Origin: Desulfatiglandales bacterium
Lineage (GTDB): Bacteria; Desulfobacterota; DSM-4660; Desulfatiglandales; Desulfatiglandaceae
Reading direction: 5' to 3'
Length of the DNA: 64,000 bases
NCBI GenBank assembly: GCA_963662465.1
Contig: OY759599.1
Span: 5,312,001-5,376,000, forward strand
Every line of letters starts with the position of its first letter. Within the stretch, counting starts at the first letter, position 1. Positions 1 to 11,034 of the stretch are shown here, piece by piece. The position numbers were made by a program, and so were the translations under genes. The notes beneath the pieces are model-generated. The model did not search any database and had not been told where the DNA came from. It saw only the letters and a program-made list of their open reading frames with translations.

Positions 1-117
1 ATGATTTTTTTTTGAAGATTAGAATAATGTTTTATTTTCATTTTGGCACCCAATCTGAATTCGATATCCCTAACCGCCTATCGCGCGCCACATTTGGCGC
101 GCTTTCGGTTGGCCTCA

Positions 118-1767
118 TCAGTGGGGCCAGTTCATGAACTGCCAGTAACCCAAAATGGACCAGAACCAGAGTACCAGCCAGGCCAGAATGGTCACGGGCA
201 GACCGAATTTCACAAAATCAAAGACACTCAGCAACCTTTCGCCGGTCTCTGGGTCGCGCCCCATGCCGAATGCAATGGCATTGTTGGGGGTTCCCACCAC
301 CAGAAAATTGGCAAAAGATGACGAAAAGGCGCAAGCCAGCCCCAGCTTCCAGACACTCACATCGGCCAAATCCGCCATGGGCAAAACAATGGGCCCGAGA
401 GCCGCCACCGTGGCGCCGTCGCTCATGAAATTGGTCATGACGCCCGTCAGCAAACTAACGCCGATGACCAGGCCATCTCCGTGGGAGATGCTTTCCGGCA
501 GCATTGCCACAAAATTATTGGCCAACCAGAGGGCCCCTCCCGTAAACTTGAGACCCACCCCCATGGCGCAAGCCGCGGCATATAACCCCACCACATCCAG
601 GGCCACGCCTTCCTGAAGATCATCCCAATCAACAATACGGAAGAGAAACATGGCCACCACGGCGTACAGGGTAGGACCACCCAGACCGGCGTGTTCCCCC
701 AGGACAATCCACGCCACCACCAGACACACCAGGATGACCGCCATGATGGCCTCTTTTCCGCCAAACTTGGGCATTCGCGCCACTTCAGCCTTGACCACCT
801 CGCTGGGATTGACCCCTTTCACCAGAAACTTGCCTTTCAGCCGGATATACATATAGGCGCCGATGACCACGGCTATGACCGGAACAAAGGGCATGCCGTA
901 TTTCATCCAGTCCATAAAAGAAATGGGATCTCCATATTCCATCAAATAGCCCACCATGATGGCATTTCGACCACCCGCCGCGGGAGAACCGGGGCCCCCG
1001 TGATTCGCGGCAAAACAGATGCCCAGCAATAGAAAAACCGCAAGGGCCCGGTCCTTCTCCACACCGTACATTTTGCAGGTGACCTTATACACTCCCATCA
1101 GAACCGGGATGAGCAACGCCACAAGAGCATGCTCCGACAAAAAGCTGGCGGACATGGCCAAAAGGGGAAGAAAAATAAAAGCAAATGCCTTGGCGCTCTT
1201 GATGCGACTGAGCAGGATGAGTCCGATGCGTTTATCGAGACCGGTTTTCGCAACGCCTACGGCCACGGCCAGAATGCCGAAAATAAAAAAAACAGCATCC
1301 TTCATAAAGGCTTTGGAAATTTCATTGATGGGCAGGATGCAGAAGAGATAGAGCATTACCGCCACTAAAAGATCCGTGGCGCCCAGAGGCAGGGCCTCCG
1401 TGGCCCAGAAAAAGACCGCGAGAAAAAAAACGGCCAGCATGACCTTGGCCAGTTGGGCCGCCTGTATGTCCGTCATCAGGGGAGAGCCATCCGGGGCTTC
1501 CTTATTTTCCGACGCTTTGGCCGCTTCAAACTCCTTGGGATGAAGCGTTTGATTCATGGTGTCCGCGATGGTGCTGCACCCCCGTCCCAATTTGTATCCC
1601 GGAAGATTTTTTTGGCTGACCAGATCGATCATGCTCTGGGGTATGGGCAACATGACCACCCCTATAAAAAGAACGGCCGCAATGACCAGAAGGATGGGTT
1701 TATATCCTGGTTTACTCGACCATACGCTTGGATTCGGCTTTGACTCAACGGCTTGGTGATGCGACAT
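118..1767 (-). CDS. SLC13/DASS family anion:cation symporter
   Basis: Many TM helices, WATEALPLG and GTPNNAIAF DASS motifs; ATG at 1767 preceded by AAAGGAGG. Confidence 0.9.
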   Translation of the reverse strand: MSHHQAVESKPNPSVWSSKPGYKPILLVIAAVLFIGVVMLPIPQSMIDLVSQKNLPGYKLGRGCSTIADTMNQTLHPKEFEAAKASENKEAPDGSPLMTDIQAAQLAKVMLAVFFLAVFFWATEALPLGATDLLVAVMLYLFCILPINEISKAFMKDAVFFIFGILAVAVGVAKTGLDKRIGLILLSRIKSAKAFAFIFLPLLAMSASFLSEHALVALLIPVLMGVYKVTCKMYGVEKDRALAVFLLLGICFAANHGGPGSPAAGGRNAIMVGYLMEYGDPISFMDWMKYGMPFVPVIAVVIGAYMYIRLKGKFLVKGVNPSEVVKAEVARMPKFGGKEAIMAVILVCLVVAWIVLGEHAGLGGPTLYAVVAMFLFRIVDWDDLQEGVALDVVGLYAAACAMGVGLKFTGGALWLANNFVAMLPESISHGDGLVIGVSLLTGVMTNFMSDGATVAALGPIVLPMADLADVSVWKLGLACAFSSSFANFLVVGTPNNAIAFGMGRDPETGERLLSVFDFVKFGLPVTILAWLVLWFWSILGYWQFMNWPH

Positions 1768-1912
1768 GTTCGCCTCCTTTTCATTCAATGGATCTTGCGG
1801 TTCATCCGAAATGTGGAATTGAAAAATTCCTCAATCGGGTTCTTTACCCAAATGGATTCTCCCGGAGAAAGGGGTAATACCCCAGTGCCCGGCTAACGAC
1901 CTTTGAGCAATG

Positions 1913-1927
1913 GCAATGATCGTGCCA
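1913..1927 (-). promoter_or_regulatory. sigma-54 (-24/-12) promoter for the DASS transporter
   Basis: Minus strand reads TGGCAC-GATCA-TTGC, consensus with correct spacing. Confidence 0.8.
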
Positions 1928-2058
1928 AAACCATGGAACCCGATGGATTAACATATGCCATCGAAAGCATTGCATTTTTTTTGAATTCAGGCGCTCGAAA
2001 TTTTAGAAGGCGGTCCGAGGATGTCGACTATTTTAACAGGTTGTAAAGGATGGCAATA

Positions 2059-2095
2059 GAAAAGGCCCTCATCCGCCGGGGGAAGGGGCCTTTTC
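2059..2095 (-). terminator. putative intrinsic terminator after the response regulator
   Basis: GAAAAGGCCC...GGGCCTTTTC inverted repeat just past the stop. Confidence 0.55.
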
Positions 2096-2124
2096 AGTGG
2101 TGGATCTATAAAAGAAAAAAAAGG

Positions 2125-2565
2125 TTACATACCGCCGCTTTTTCGGATGAGAAGCCTGGCTTCCGCCTGCCGGATCCGTTCCAGTTGCGCATCTTTTCGC
2201 TTTCTGGCATTTTCCAGTTTGGCCGACAGGTCGTCAAATTCGGCCGGTTTCATGAGATAATCAAAGGCGCCCAGCTTCATGCCGTCCACTGCCGTCTCAG
2301 CGCTGCCATGCCCGGTCAACATAATGACTTCCACCAGGGGATGGCGTTTCTTAATTTCCTTCAAGGTTTCCATGCCGTCCATGCCGGGCATCTTGATGTC
2401 CAAAATCACCACATCCATATCGGTCTCTCCGAGGATTTCAAGGCACGCTTTTCCGCTGTGGGCGCTGAAAACTTTTTCGCCCGTCTCCTGCAACCTCAGG
2501 GAGAGCATCTCCACAAAATCCTTTTCATCATCCACTAAAAGTACCTTTGCCGGTATTTTCATCAT
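2125..2565 (-). CDS. response regulator (receiver domain)
   Basis: LLVDDE, LDIKMPGMDG, LTGHG and KP receiver motifs. Confidence 0.93.
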   Translation of the reverse strand: MMKIPAKVLLVDDEKDFVEMLSLRLQETGEKVFSAHSGKACLEILGETDMDVVILDIKMPGMDGMETLKEIKKRHPLVEVIMLTGHGSAETAVDGMKLGAFDYLMKPAEFDDLSAKLENARKRKDAQLERIRQAEARLLIRKSGGM

Positions 2566-2590
2566 GGTTCTTTATCTCCTTTCAGGTCTG

Positions 2591-3778
2591 TTAGGTCTCA
2601 AAGGCCTTCTTCAGAGCATTGAGATGATCTTTTCCCGTGGGCGTCTCATCGACATTCTGACAACGGGGAATATGAATCAAAAAGCGGGTTCCCTGCCCCA
2701 ACTGGCTCTCCAAGCTCAGGTCTCCGCCCAGTTTCTCCACAATGCTGCGGGTAACAAACAAACCCAGCCCGGTGCCTTCACCGGGGGGTTTGGTACTGAA
2801 AAAGGGGTCAAAAATCTTTTGAAGGTTTTCCCTGGGGATTCCTTCGCCCGTATCCTGTATGGTAATGGCCACCCGATCGCCGACCGGCAAAATCCCGACC
2901 GTAATTTTTCCGCCTGGGCCGGTAGCATGGATGGCGTTGGTTATAAGGTTAATCAGGACCTGCCTCAACTTATAAGGATCACTCCAGATAACACCCGTAT
3001 CAGTATCCACGTCCTCAACGATTTCAACTTCTTTGTTGCGCGCATCTTTCCCAACCAATCCCACAGTCTCCTTCACCAGATCTTTCAAATCCACCTCGGA
3101 GGCCACGGAATCAGCCTGTCGGACCGACCCCAGGAGCTGGTGCGTAATGCGCCTGGCCCGTTCAACGCCATTCTCTATCTTGCCCAGGGCCATCAGAAGA
3201 TCGTTTTTTCGCGGTGTATTGGCCATCTCTGCTTTGTTAAGGATCAACTGCATCCAACCGGCGGATTCCTTGATGATGGCGAGGGGGTTGTTAATTTCGT
3301 GGGCAACGCCTGCCGCCAGAGTACCCAGAGACGCCAGCCTTTCGGTGGCAATCATCTGTTGCTCCATTTTGGCTCTGAATGCCGTTTCCCGCAGCCGTTC
3401 GTCCTCCCGCTGAATCTTTTCATGGGCTTGCTTTATTTTGCTCAGCAGGTGGTCCAACTCTATGGGTTTGCTTAAATAATCAAACGCACCGGTTTTAATG
3501 CCATTAACGCCGTCCTCGGCGCTGGAAAAACCGGTCAGCATGATCACCTCGGTTTTGGGGTATTTTTCCTTGATCCGATGAAGGGTTTCAATGCCGTCGA
3601 TACCCCGCATCTTGACATCCAGAACCACTACGTCCACAGGGTTTTGTTCCAGCAACGCCAGACATTCCTCACCGCTTCCGGCCTGCCGGGCCTCAATTCC
3701 CCGTTTCATCAACCGTTTGGAAACCGTCCGCCTGAAATCATCTTCGTCATCAACCAGCAAGAGACGTATTTTTTCCAT
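2591..3778 (-). CDS. hybrid receiver + histidine kinase (NtrB-like)
   Basis: N-terminal REC domain; AHEINNPL H-box; N, G1, F and G2 boxes. Confidence 0.93.
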   Translation of the reverse strand: MEKIRLLLVDDEDDFRRTVSKRLMKRGIEARQAGSGEECLALLEQNPVDVVVLDVKMRGIDGIETLHRIKEKYPKTEVIMLTGFSSAEDGVNGIKTGAFDYLSKPIELDHLLSKIKQAHEKIQREDERLRETAFRAKMEQQMIATERLASLGTLAAGVAHEINNPLAIIKESAGWMQLILNKAEMANTPRKNDLLMALGKIENGVERARRITHQLLGSVRQADSVASEVDLKDLVKETVGLVGKDARNKEVEIVEDVDTDTGVIWSDPYKLRQVLINLITNAIHATGPGGKITVGILPVGDRVAITIQDTGEGIPRENLQKIFDPFFSTKPPGEGTGLGLFVTRSIVEKLGGDLSLESQLGQGTRFLIHIPRCQNVDETPTGKDHLNALKKAFET

Positions 3779-3790
3779 GAAAGATCCTTG

Positions 3791-5371
3791 TTACACCAAT
3801 CCCAGAATTTTCCACCACACGCTCGCCACCAAAATCAGTATCCCCAATAAAACCGGCGTAGCCACGGCCCCCACCTTAGTGAGATCCGACGATTTGAAAT
3901 ACCGGTAACTGTAGGAAATGGCATTGGGCGGACAACCGATCACCAGCAGCATGGCAAAGGAAGTTGCGGTCCCGAGACAAAGGGCGATTACCCTGGGGTC
4001 CACGCCCTCCAGCTGCGCCATGGGAAGCACGATGGGCAGAATCAGGGCGGCCGCCGCCACATTGGCCATGGCATTGGTCACAAGCGCCCCGAAAACGCCG
4101 ACCCCCACAAAAAGGAGCAACCAGCCTCCCCCTTGAACCAGTGGGAAAAAGAGGTTGGCAAAATAGGTGGCGGCCCCGGAATACCCCATGGCCAACCCCA
4201 GGGAAATGCCGCCGCCGAAAATAAACAGCGCCGTTCCCCATTCCAGATTCTTGTGAATGTCTTCCCATTCCAAAACGCGGAAAAGCACCAGGCCCGCCAC
4301 GGCGAGCATTCCGGTAATGGAATAATCCATGCCGTGCAACCCCTTGGTAAGCCAGGAGATAAAGGCCAGGCCGATAATGACAAGGGTTGTTTTTTCAAGG
4401 GATGTCCAGGGACCCAGATCCTCGTCAAATTGTGGCAGTTTAAATTTCGGATCCGGTCTGAACACAAAATACACCACCAAAACCGCTACGGGCACCGTCA
4501 ATATGGCAGCCGGCATGGCGAATTTGATCCAGTCGAAAAAACTGATCTCAATGCCCGTAAATTCATGGAGAAAAGCCGCCGACACCATGCACCGACCCCC
4601 GCCGATGAGGCTTCCCATGCCGCCGCAGGAACAGGCAAAGGGAAGGGACAACATCATAAACTTGGCCGTATTGGTATGGGGTTCAATACCCACGGCCCGC
4701 ATGAGGGGCAACATGGTAACAATCCCGATGGCGCAGGCGGCCGCATCATGCATGAAAGAGGATGAAATCCCGAGGCCCATGGCAATGATAAAGGTGAATT
4801 TAACCACGCTGTTGCCCGCTTTTTTGATGATGAAATACCCCAGGCGTTTTGTCAGCCCCGCTTTATCCAGTGATATGGCGAATATCAGGCAACACATGAT
4901 AAAAATCACCACCGGGTGCATATAGGGCGCCCAGGCCTCTTTTACATCGGCTATTCCCATGAGAACGAGAAACACGCCGATGCAGATAGCTGTAATCTCA
5001 AGGGGGATGGGCTCCACAATAAAGAGAAACACCAGCACCGCCAGCACCGCCAGGAATCGTTTGGCCTTGGGCGACAGACCATTTACATATTCGACCTCGA
5101 TATCGCTTTTGCCGAGATCGGCAGCTTTTTTCTCCAGAAACACCGCCGTACACTCAGGCGCCCCAGGGGTTTTCCCTTCCACCAGATAGCCCTTAGCAGT
5201 CTTTTGGCTCTCCGGAACCACCACAAAATGAGTGCTGATCAGGGGCAATAATGTTTTATTTACATCTCCCGTAATCCGAAACTTTGTTCCCTCAGGCCTT
5301 GGCAACAGTAAAACAAGAATGCCCAGGGCAATCGCTAATCCCAGCTGAAATCCCTTTGACTTAAAAAACAT
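3791..5371 (-). CDS. DASS family sodium-coupled anion symporter
   Basis: EPIPLEIT and GCPPNAISY motifs, multi-TM; ATG at 5371 with GAGGAGG. Confidence 0.9.
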   Translation of the reverse strand: MFFKSKGFQLGLAIALGILVLLLPRPEGTKFRITGDVNKTLLPLISTHFVVVPESQKTAKGYLVEGKTPGAPECTAVFLEKKAADLGKSDIEVEYVNGLSPKAKRFLAVLAVLVFLFIVEPIPLEITAICIGVFLVLMGIADVKEAWAPYMHPVVIFIMCCLIFAISLDKAGLTKRLGYFIIKKAGNSVVKFTFIIAMGLGISSSFMHDAAACAIGIVTMLPLMRAVGIEPHTNTAKFMMLSLPFACSCGGMGSLIGGGRCMVSAAFLHEFTGIEISFFDWIKFAMPAAILTVPVAVLVVYFVFRPDPKFKLPQFDEDLGPWTSLEKTTLVIIGLAFISWLTKGLHGMDYSITGMLAVAGLVLFRVLEWEDIHKNLEWGTALFIFGGGISLGLAMGYSGAATYFANLFFPLVQGGGWLLLFVGVGVFGALVTNAMANVAAAALILPIVLPMAQLEGVDPRVIALCLGTATSFAMLLVIGCPPNAISYSYRYFKSSDLTKVGAVATPVLLGILILVASVWWKILGLV

Positions 5372-5682
5372 GTTTTTCCTCCTCACCTGTTCTCGGCGCC
5401 CACTTTGACGCCGCTAAAAATTTTATGAAGCTTGCCGATTCTAACTTGTACCCACTAGAGAAAAATTTCACAAAACAACCCAGAGCAAAAAATCACGCCA
5501 ATACACCATAATGCTGAATCCTATATCGGATTTTCAAATTGTGGTCAAGATCTTTGCAGTGGGAACCGAAATTCTTTATTGCGGCTGCATTCTCTTCGCA
5601 GGTCTCCCCCACCTGGGGCCCGAGGATTTGAACCCCGATGGGTTTTTTGTCCTTGCGCCTTACCCCCGAAATCGGCGCTTCA

Positions 5683-6519
5683 TTAGCTCAGGACAAACCG
5701 GTTACGGATAGCACCGATTCCTTCCACTGTACATTCCACCACGTTCCCCGGTTTAAGGGTGACGGGCGGGTCCATAAAAATGCCCACTCCCGCAGGCGTA
5801 CCGGTGGAAATGATGTCTCCCGGTTCCAGGGTAATATCGCAACTGATGTTTTCGATAATGGCGGGGATATCGAAAATCATATCCCGGGTATTGCCGTCCT
5901 GCATGATGTCACCGTCAACAGTCGCGGTCAAACGCAGATTGCGGATATCGCCGACCTCATCGGGCGTGATGATCCAGGGTCCCATGGGGGCGAAAGTGTC
6001 GTATGATTTCCCTCGAAACCACTGTTTTTCCGCAAACTGCGCTTCCCGCCCGGAGACATCGTTCATCACGGTATACCCGGCAATGACGCTGAAAGCATCG
6101 GATCTGGAAACCCGTTTACACCGTTTTCCGATCACCAGGGCCAGTTCCACCTCCCAATCGATCTTCCCGCTCTCTTGAGGCATCAGAACCGGGTCTTCCG
6201 GACCATTCAGCGTGTTGGGCGTTTTACAGAAGATCAGGGGCGTCTCGGGTGCTTTCATATGCCCTTCTTTGGCATGCTCCATGTAATTTTTTCCGAGACA
6301 GATGATTTTGCCGGCGGCATGAATGGGGCAACCCAGACGCACCTTCATCGCCTCGCCCGGATGATCCACGGGGCGAAGCCTGTCCGGCCACCGGTCTTCA
6401 AAAAAAGCCGGCCCAATATCCGGAATTTCCGGAAAAAGCACCCTTAAATCAACAATGGCCCCGTCCTTCATGAGTCCGGGCCGCTCGCTTCCCTTTTCTC
6501 CAAACCGTATGAATCGCAA
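5683..6519 (-). CDS. fumarylacetoacetate hydrolase family protein
   Basis: IICLGKNY, DWEVEL, NDVSGR and TGTPAGVG motifs; TTG start with AGGAGG. Confidence 0.93.
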   Translation of the reverse strand: MRFIRFGEKGSERPGLMKDGAIVDLRVLFPEIPDIGPAFFEDRWPDRLRPVDHPGEAMKVRLGCPIHAAGKIICLGKNYMEHAKEGHMKAPETPLIFCKTPNTLNGPEDPVLMPQESGKIDWEVELALVIGKRCKRVSRSDAFSVIAGYTVMNDVSGREAQFAEKQWFRGKSYDTFAPMGPWIITPDEVGDIRNLRLTATVDGDIMQDGNTRDMIFDIPAIIENISCDITLEPGDIISTGTPAGVGIFMDPPVTLKPGNVVECTVEGIGAIRNRFVLS

Positions 6520-6603
6520 TGGTATTCCTCCTTTTTTGTAAGACGAGACTCTTTACAACACAATGGATTATAATAAACGCCCTCATGCCAGGCTAAACAC
6601 AGA

Positions 6604-9600
6604 TTAATAATCATAATTCCAGTTAAAGCCGAGTCCCGCACCCGACTTGGTGCCGGCTTTGCTTTCAACCGAGAAGTTGGGGGTAATGTTGACATCTACA
6701 ATCACATCCTGTTTGTTGTCCGTAAGATCCTGCTCAACCCCCACATAGACCCGGTCAGTGACATACTTACCCAAAGTGACGCTGGGACCGTTGCCGGTAT
6801 CGCTGCCGTCATTGTTTTTCCCCTCCTGATCGCCGCCGCTGAAGTCCAGGCGATCCAGTCCCAGGAAGCTTCTCGTTTTGCCCATCACGTCCGGTCCGTA
6901 CCCCCCGGCCAGCTGGTTTACGGAATAGGCCATTTGAAGGGCCTGAAAGGTGTTCAATTTGGCCACGGACTGCCCAAAGAGGATCTGGGCCATAATCTCA
7001 TCCTGGGGCAATGGCGGCTGGGAAGACAACTTCAGTTTGAAAGCATCGGCGGGTCCCGTAACATCCACCTGAGCCGTAATCTCCCCGGCATTCACCTGCG
7101 TGTTGATGTTCAAATAGGGCACGGGGGGCGTGGCGCCATCAAAGGCAATTTGTCCACTGGTGACTTTAAAGGTCCGGGAAAGGCAAAGAAAAGTACCCCG
7201 AACCACATTCAAAGACCCTCGAACCACCGGGTTATTGGCAGGTCCCCGCACGGTCAGTCGGCCTTTGAATTCCGCATCCAGCCCGCGACCTCGAACAAAG
7301 AATTTATCGGGAATATTGACGCCCAGGTTCATTTGAATCATGGTTACACCCCCTTTCTGTGGCGGTTTTTCCGATGACGCAACGGCAGGGTCATTGATGA
7401 TTGAAACGGGAATAACCGTTACATCCGGCGGAAACTGTTTGGGAATGGCAATTTCCGTCCGTTCCAGATTGATTTCGCCGGTCAAATCCATTCGATCCTT
7501 GTTCCCTTTGATATCCAGATTACCGCCGGTGGTAACGGTCAGGGTTTCCGTTCGAAGCAGGGTGACCTGTTCCATGGTCAAGGCAATTTCCGTTTGAAAA
7601 GGAGGATCGACGTCGGTTTGCCCCTTAAGAACGATAGACCCTGAATTCCCATCCGTGGCCGTCAATTGGGTCAGCTTCAATATTCGCCCTTCAGCATCAA
7701 AGCGTCCCTGAATACGGTCCAGGAGCACCCCCTGTTCAACATTTTCATACCGGCCGTCACTGATGGTCACCCCACCGTTCAATTCCCATTTTTCAAGGGC
7801 CCCCTCTGCCCCCATATCCACATCCACCTTACCCTTGAGGCTCTGACCGGTCATGGCCGGCAGTGCCTGCAAAACAGCCAGGTCAAACTTTCCCTGGAGC
7901 TTTCCTTCCAGTTTGCCGCTTTTGTTGATATCGAAGGCGAAAGGTTTTAGGGAAATGTGCGCCGGAATACTGCCGCCGGCCGTAAACGGGGTTTTGCCCA
8001 GACCCGACAATTCCAGATCCGCCAGAAGGCGGTCTCCTTCCCGCCTGGAATGGAGTTTCACATTCATGAGCAGGGGCCGGGTTTCGTTTGGACCCATGAT
8101 ATTGTATTCCTTGATATGAACCGCCACATTCACCCCCGGGTCCGAAAGAGGCCCGGAAAGTTCAAGACTAACCACAGCCGTGCCAGTCAAATCTTCACCC
8201 AAAAAGGGTTCCAGAAGGGATAGGGGCAGATCGCTAATGCGAACCGAGGCCTTCACATTTTCCCGGTCCAGTTCACCCATGGCCCGAAGTTGCCCCTTGT
8301 CCGTTTTCAAGTGAAGATCGTCCAGCGCAATCCCCCCATCATCAGACAGGGTTACCGTGGCGGGTTTTTCCAACGTAACCTTCAGATCTTCATACCCCCC
8401 TTTCAGCGCATCCAACCGAATCTGCCAGAGATCCGTTCGCTTCACCCCTATCCCGGCAATCAAAAAAAGGGGCGCCTCGGTGGCGGTTTTGGTGATGCCT
8501 TTGGTGTCCAAGGTAATTTCCGCGTCAGCAAGACTGCCCGTTGCCCTCAAATTGAACGTCTCGATTCGCGAACTTCCCAGAGGCATATCCGTTGCTTTCA
8601 AGCTCACCCGTCCCCGCATTGCCTTCATATCGTCAACCCGGGCGCTGACCTGAACAGCGGATGCCCCATACGCCTCATATTTCAGGTCTTTGAATTCGGC
8701 CTCCAGCGTAATGGGAGACTGGACCTCCGCCTTCTGTCCCTCCGCTGCTATCCGAAAACGACCCGTCCCACGCGCATCCACGCCAACCAGGTCCCGAAGA
8801 ATGTCCATGGAAGCGATCTCACCCTCAACTGTACCGGAAAAAAGGTTAGGGCCGGGGATCAGAGAGAGCGATGCCCGCATATCAATCCCCGGAAAGCGGA
8901 CGTTGGTCTTTCGGATAGACAAGGTTTCCCGAACCCAGGCAAAATCCGAATTCAGTTCCAGGGGTTGATCTTTGGCAACTCCCTTCACCCGTACGGTTCC
9001 CGCGGGCTTTTGCGGCAACCCTTTTGCTTCCAGTTGCACGTTGAGCCTTTTAACATCAAAGGTTTTAAGCCGAAGGGCCTTGGAGGACAGATTCACTTTA
9101 GCGGAAAAGTTCTGAAAATCGCCCGAAATTCCCCCCCGGCTCTCCACCTGCCCCACAGGCAGGTTTCCCTCACTGGACAGCGGGTTTCCGGCATGATCCA
9201 GGGACAGGTTATAGGCCACGTCAAAGGCGCTCTTTGTCAAATTCAACCAGCCATCCGCCTTCAATTGGACATGTTTCCCTTTCAGATGAGCGCTTTCAAG
9301 GGTCACCATCCGGTCCTTTCCCATGGCGGCGCGTACAGCCAATGTCAACTTCGACCCGATGAGATCCGATGCCTCTTGGGGCAAACCGCTGAGCCGGAAT
9401 ACCGCCACATCCAGATTCCCCTTAACCGCGCTTTTGTCATCGCTCTCCGCATGGCCGCGAATCTCCAAGCGACCATCCATGGGCGACGCTTGGGAAGGCG
9501 GCAGGAGGGCGGCAATGCGATCCGCCTGCAACTGGAGGTCCCCGGAAAAACACCCCAGCACCGCATCAAAAGCGCCCCTTTCCACGCGGATGTTTATACC

Positions 9601-11028
9601 CGGCAGGGTCATGTGAAGGTCTTTTACCCGCCACGCCGCAAAATCGGGACTCCGGGCCTGAAGGTCCACATTGAGGGGTCCCTGAAGGCCAGGGGCTTGC
9701 CGGGTGTAAACTTCCCGAATCTTCAAACCCACAACGGTATCTTTCAACCCTTTAAACCCCGGCTCAAACAATGTCCGGGTCTCAAGGGTCATGCCTGTAA
9801 AGCTTGCACCCTGAGCTTCGATTTTCCCTGCCGCGGCGGCGATTGCGACATCGGGCTGCATGAAAGGACCCTTAGCCGTGATCCGCACGGGGCCCAAATC
9901 CTGAATCGAAACCCCGGTCCCCTTCAGAAGGGCCGCGATATTCACACCGGAAACCAACCCCCGCATATCCATGCGCTTTTTATTGATATCGGCATTCCCT
10001 TCCAGGGAAATGGCACTTTTCCCATTCCTGATCATAAATTCCTTCAGATCAAGCATATTTTGAGATGAAAGGGCCGCCCGGCATGTCAAATCAAAGATCA
10101 GGGAATCCATGACCTGAACAGCCGCTGTGGGCACAATCCGACGTTCAGCCTGAATTTGTCCGTCAATTTCAAGATTCATTGGGTGGGTGATCCCCAACCC
10201 ATAACGAAAGTCGGCTTTACCGTAACCACCCATGTTCAGATTCAGGGATCCCTTCAACCCGGAAAGGGGGCCGTCGGCCTTCAGGAGCAGCTCGATGTTT
10301 TGAATATCTTTAAGTCCGGCAAGCCCCGCTACCAGACCACCCGCGGATTCATGATAATCCAGATCCGCAACCACATGCTCACTGGCCATATCGTAGGCAG
10401 CCTTCAGGTGAAATGCATCATCCCCATGGTTGAGATCCGTTAAAGACGCATCCAGGTTCACCTGACTGCCGTCGGTTTTCACCCTGGACTGGAGCCTGAA
10501 AGCCATTGATTTCCCAGCCACCCCTTCCCCCAGATCAATCCGATTGAGCTGAATTTCCTGAACCCTGATATGGGGCAATGAAAACGGTCCAGGTTTCGCG
10601 GTCGAATCTTCTTTTTTCGCGTCCAATTTAGCGGGGGCGGGCAATCGAGAAAGCGAAAGCGTTTTCATTCGAAGCCAATCCACCTGGATCGCACCTGAAA
10701 GCAACTGGGCGGCTTTCATGGAAAAATCAAAATTTTTAACCTCAAGCCAGGGGCCTTTAGCATCTGATAGGGTCACCTGGTCCACGGTAATGGAAAACGG
10801 GAGCAGCCCGCCAAGCCCCCGAAGCGTTACCCGATAATCGCCCGTGTTTGCAGTGAGGGATGACGCCAGACCCTCCAACCGCATTTTAGCCCAGGGCGTC
10901 TGAAGCCCGGCCCAGAGCAACCCGATCAGACCCATAAGACAAACTACCATCAGCAGTGCCCACTTGACCATTCGGCGCCACAAGGGACGCTTCATTTTAC
11001 CGACTATCTTCTTATCTGTGTTTGACAT
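6604..11028 (-). CDS. tamB: translocation/assembly module TamB
   Basis: N-terminal TM anchor, ~1470 aa beta-rich, C-terminal DUF490-like region (GRGLDAEF, LSSQPPLPQDE, GKYVTDRVY); next to tamA. Confidence 0.88.
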   Translation of the reverse strand: MSNTDKKIVGKMKRPLWRRMVKWALLMVVCLMGLIGLLWAGLQTPWAKMRLEGLASSLTANTGDYRVTLRGLGGLLPFSITVDQVTLSDAKGPWLEVKNFDFSMKAAQLLSGAIQVDWLRMKTLSLSRLPAPAKLDAKKEDSTAKPGPFSLPHIRVQEIQLNRIDLGEGVAGKSMAFRLQSRVKTDGSQVNLDASLTDLNHGDDAFHLKAAYDMASEHVVADLDYHESAGGLVAGLAGLKDIQNIELLLKADGPLSGLKGSLNLNMGGYGKADFRYGLGITHPMNLEIDGQIQAERRIVPTAAVQVMDSLIFDLTCRAALSSQNMLDLKEFMIRNGKSAISLEGNADINKKRMDMRGLVSGVNIAALLKGTGVSIQDLGPVRITAKGPFMQPDVAIAAAAGKIEAQGASFTGMTLETRTLFEPGFKGLKDTVVGLKIREVYTRQAPGLQGPLNVDLQARSPDFAAWRVKDLHMTLPGINIRVERGAFDAVLGCFSGDLQLQADRIAALLPPSQASPMDGRLEIRGHAESDDKSAVKGNLDVAVFRLSGLPQEASDLIGSKLTLAVRAAMGKDRMVTLESAHLKGKHVQLKADGWLNLTKSAFDVAYNLSLDHAGNPLSSEGNLPVGQVESRGGISGDFQNFSAKVNLSSKALRLKTFDVKRLNVQLEAKGLPQKPAGTVRVKGVAKDQPLELNSDFAWVRETLSIRKTNVRFPGIDMRASLSLIPGPNLFSGTVEGEIASMDILRDLVGVDARGTGRFRIAAEGQKAEVQSPITLEAEFKDLKYEAYGASAVQVSARVDDMKAMRGRVSLKATDMPLGSSRIETFNLRATGSLADAEITLDTKGITKTATEAPLFLIAGIGVKRTDLWQIRLDALKGGYEDLKVTLEKPATVTLSDDGGIALDDLHLKTDKGQLRAMGELDRENVKASVRISDLPLSLLEPFLGEDLTGTAVVSLELSGPLSDPGVNVAVHIKEYNIMGPNETRPLLMNVKLHSRREGDRLLADLELSGLGKTPFTAGGSIPAHISLKPFAFDINKSGKLEGKLQGKFDLAVLQALPAMTGQSLKGKVDVDMGAEGALEKWELNGGVTISDGRYENVEQGVLLDRIQGRFDAEGRILKLTQLTATDGNSGSIVLKGQTDVDPPFQTEIALTMEQVTLLRTETLTVTTGGNLDIKGNKDRMDLTGEINLERTEIAIPKQFPPDVTVIPVSIINDPAVASSEKPPQKGGVTMIQMNLGVNIPDKFFVRGRGLDAEFKGRLTVRGPANNPVVRGSLNVVRGTFLCLSRTFKVTSGQIAFDGATPPVPYLNINTQVNAGEITAQVDVTGPADAFKLKLSSQPPLPQDEIMAQILFGQSVAKLNTFQALQMAYSVNQLAGGYGPDVMGKTRSFLGLDRLDFSGGDQEGKNNDGSDTGNGPSVTLGKYVTDRVYVGVEQDLTDNKQDVIVDVNITPNFSVESKAGTKSGAGLGFNWNYDY

Positions 11029-11034
11029 TTTTTT

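Noticed and set aside
5485..5500. Possible sigma-54 promoter TGGCGTGA-TTTTTT-GC upstream of the second DASS gene
   Set aside because: GG-to-GC spacing is one base too long; would need a homopolymer error
5614..5637. tRNA T-arm-like CGGGG-TTCAAAT-CCTCG on the minus strand
   Set aside because: No D arm, anticodon arm or matching acceptor stem at the right spacing
8290..10068. 592-aa plus-strand ORF and similar long antisense ORFs (2279, 15577, 32786, 56550)
   Set aside because: Shadow frames opposite well-supported genes, with no motifs
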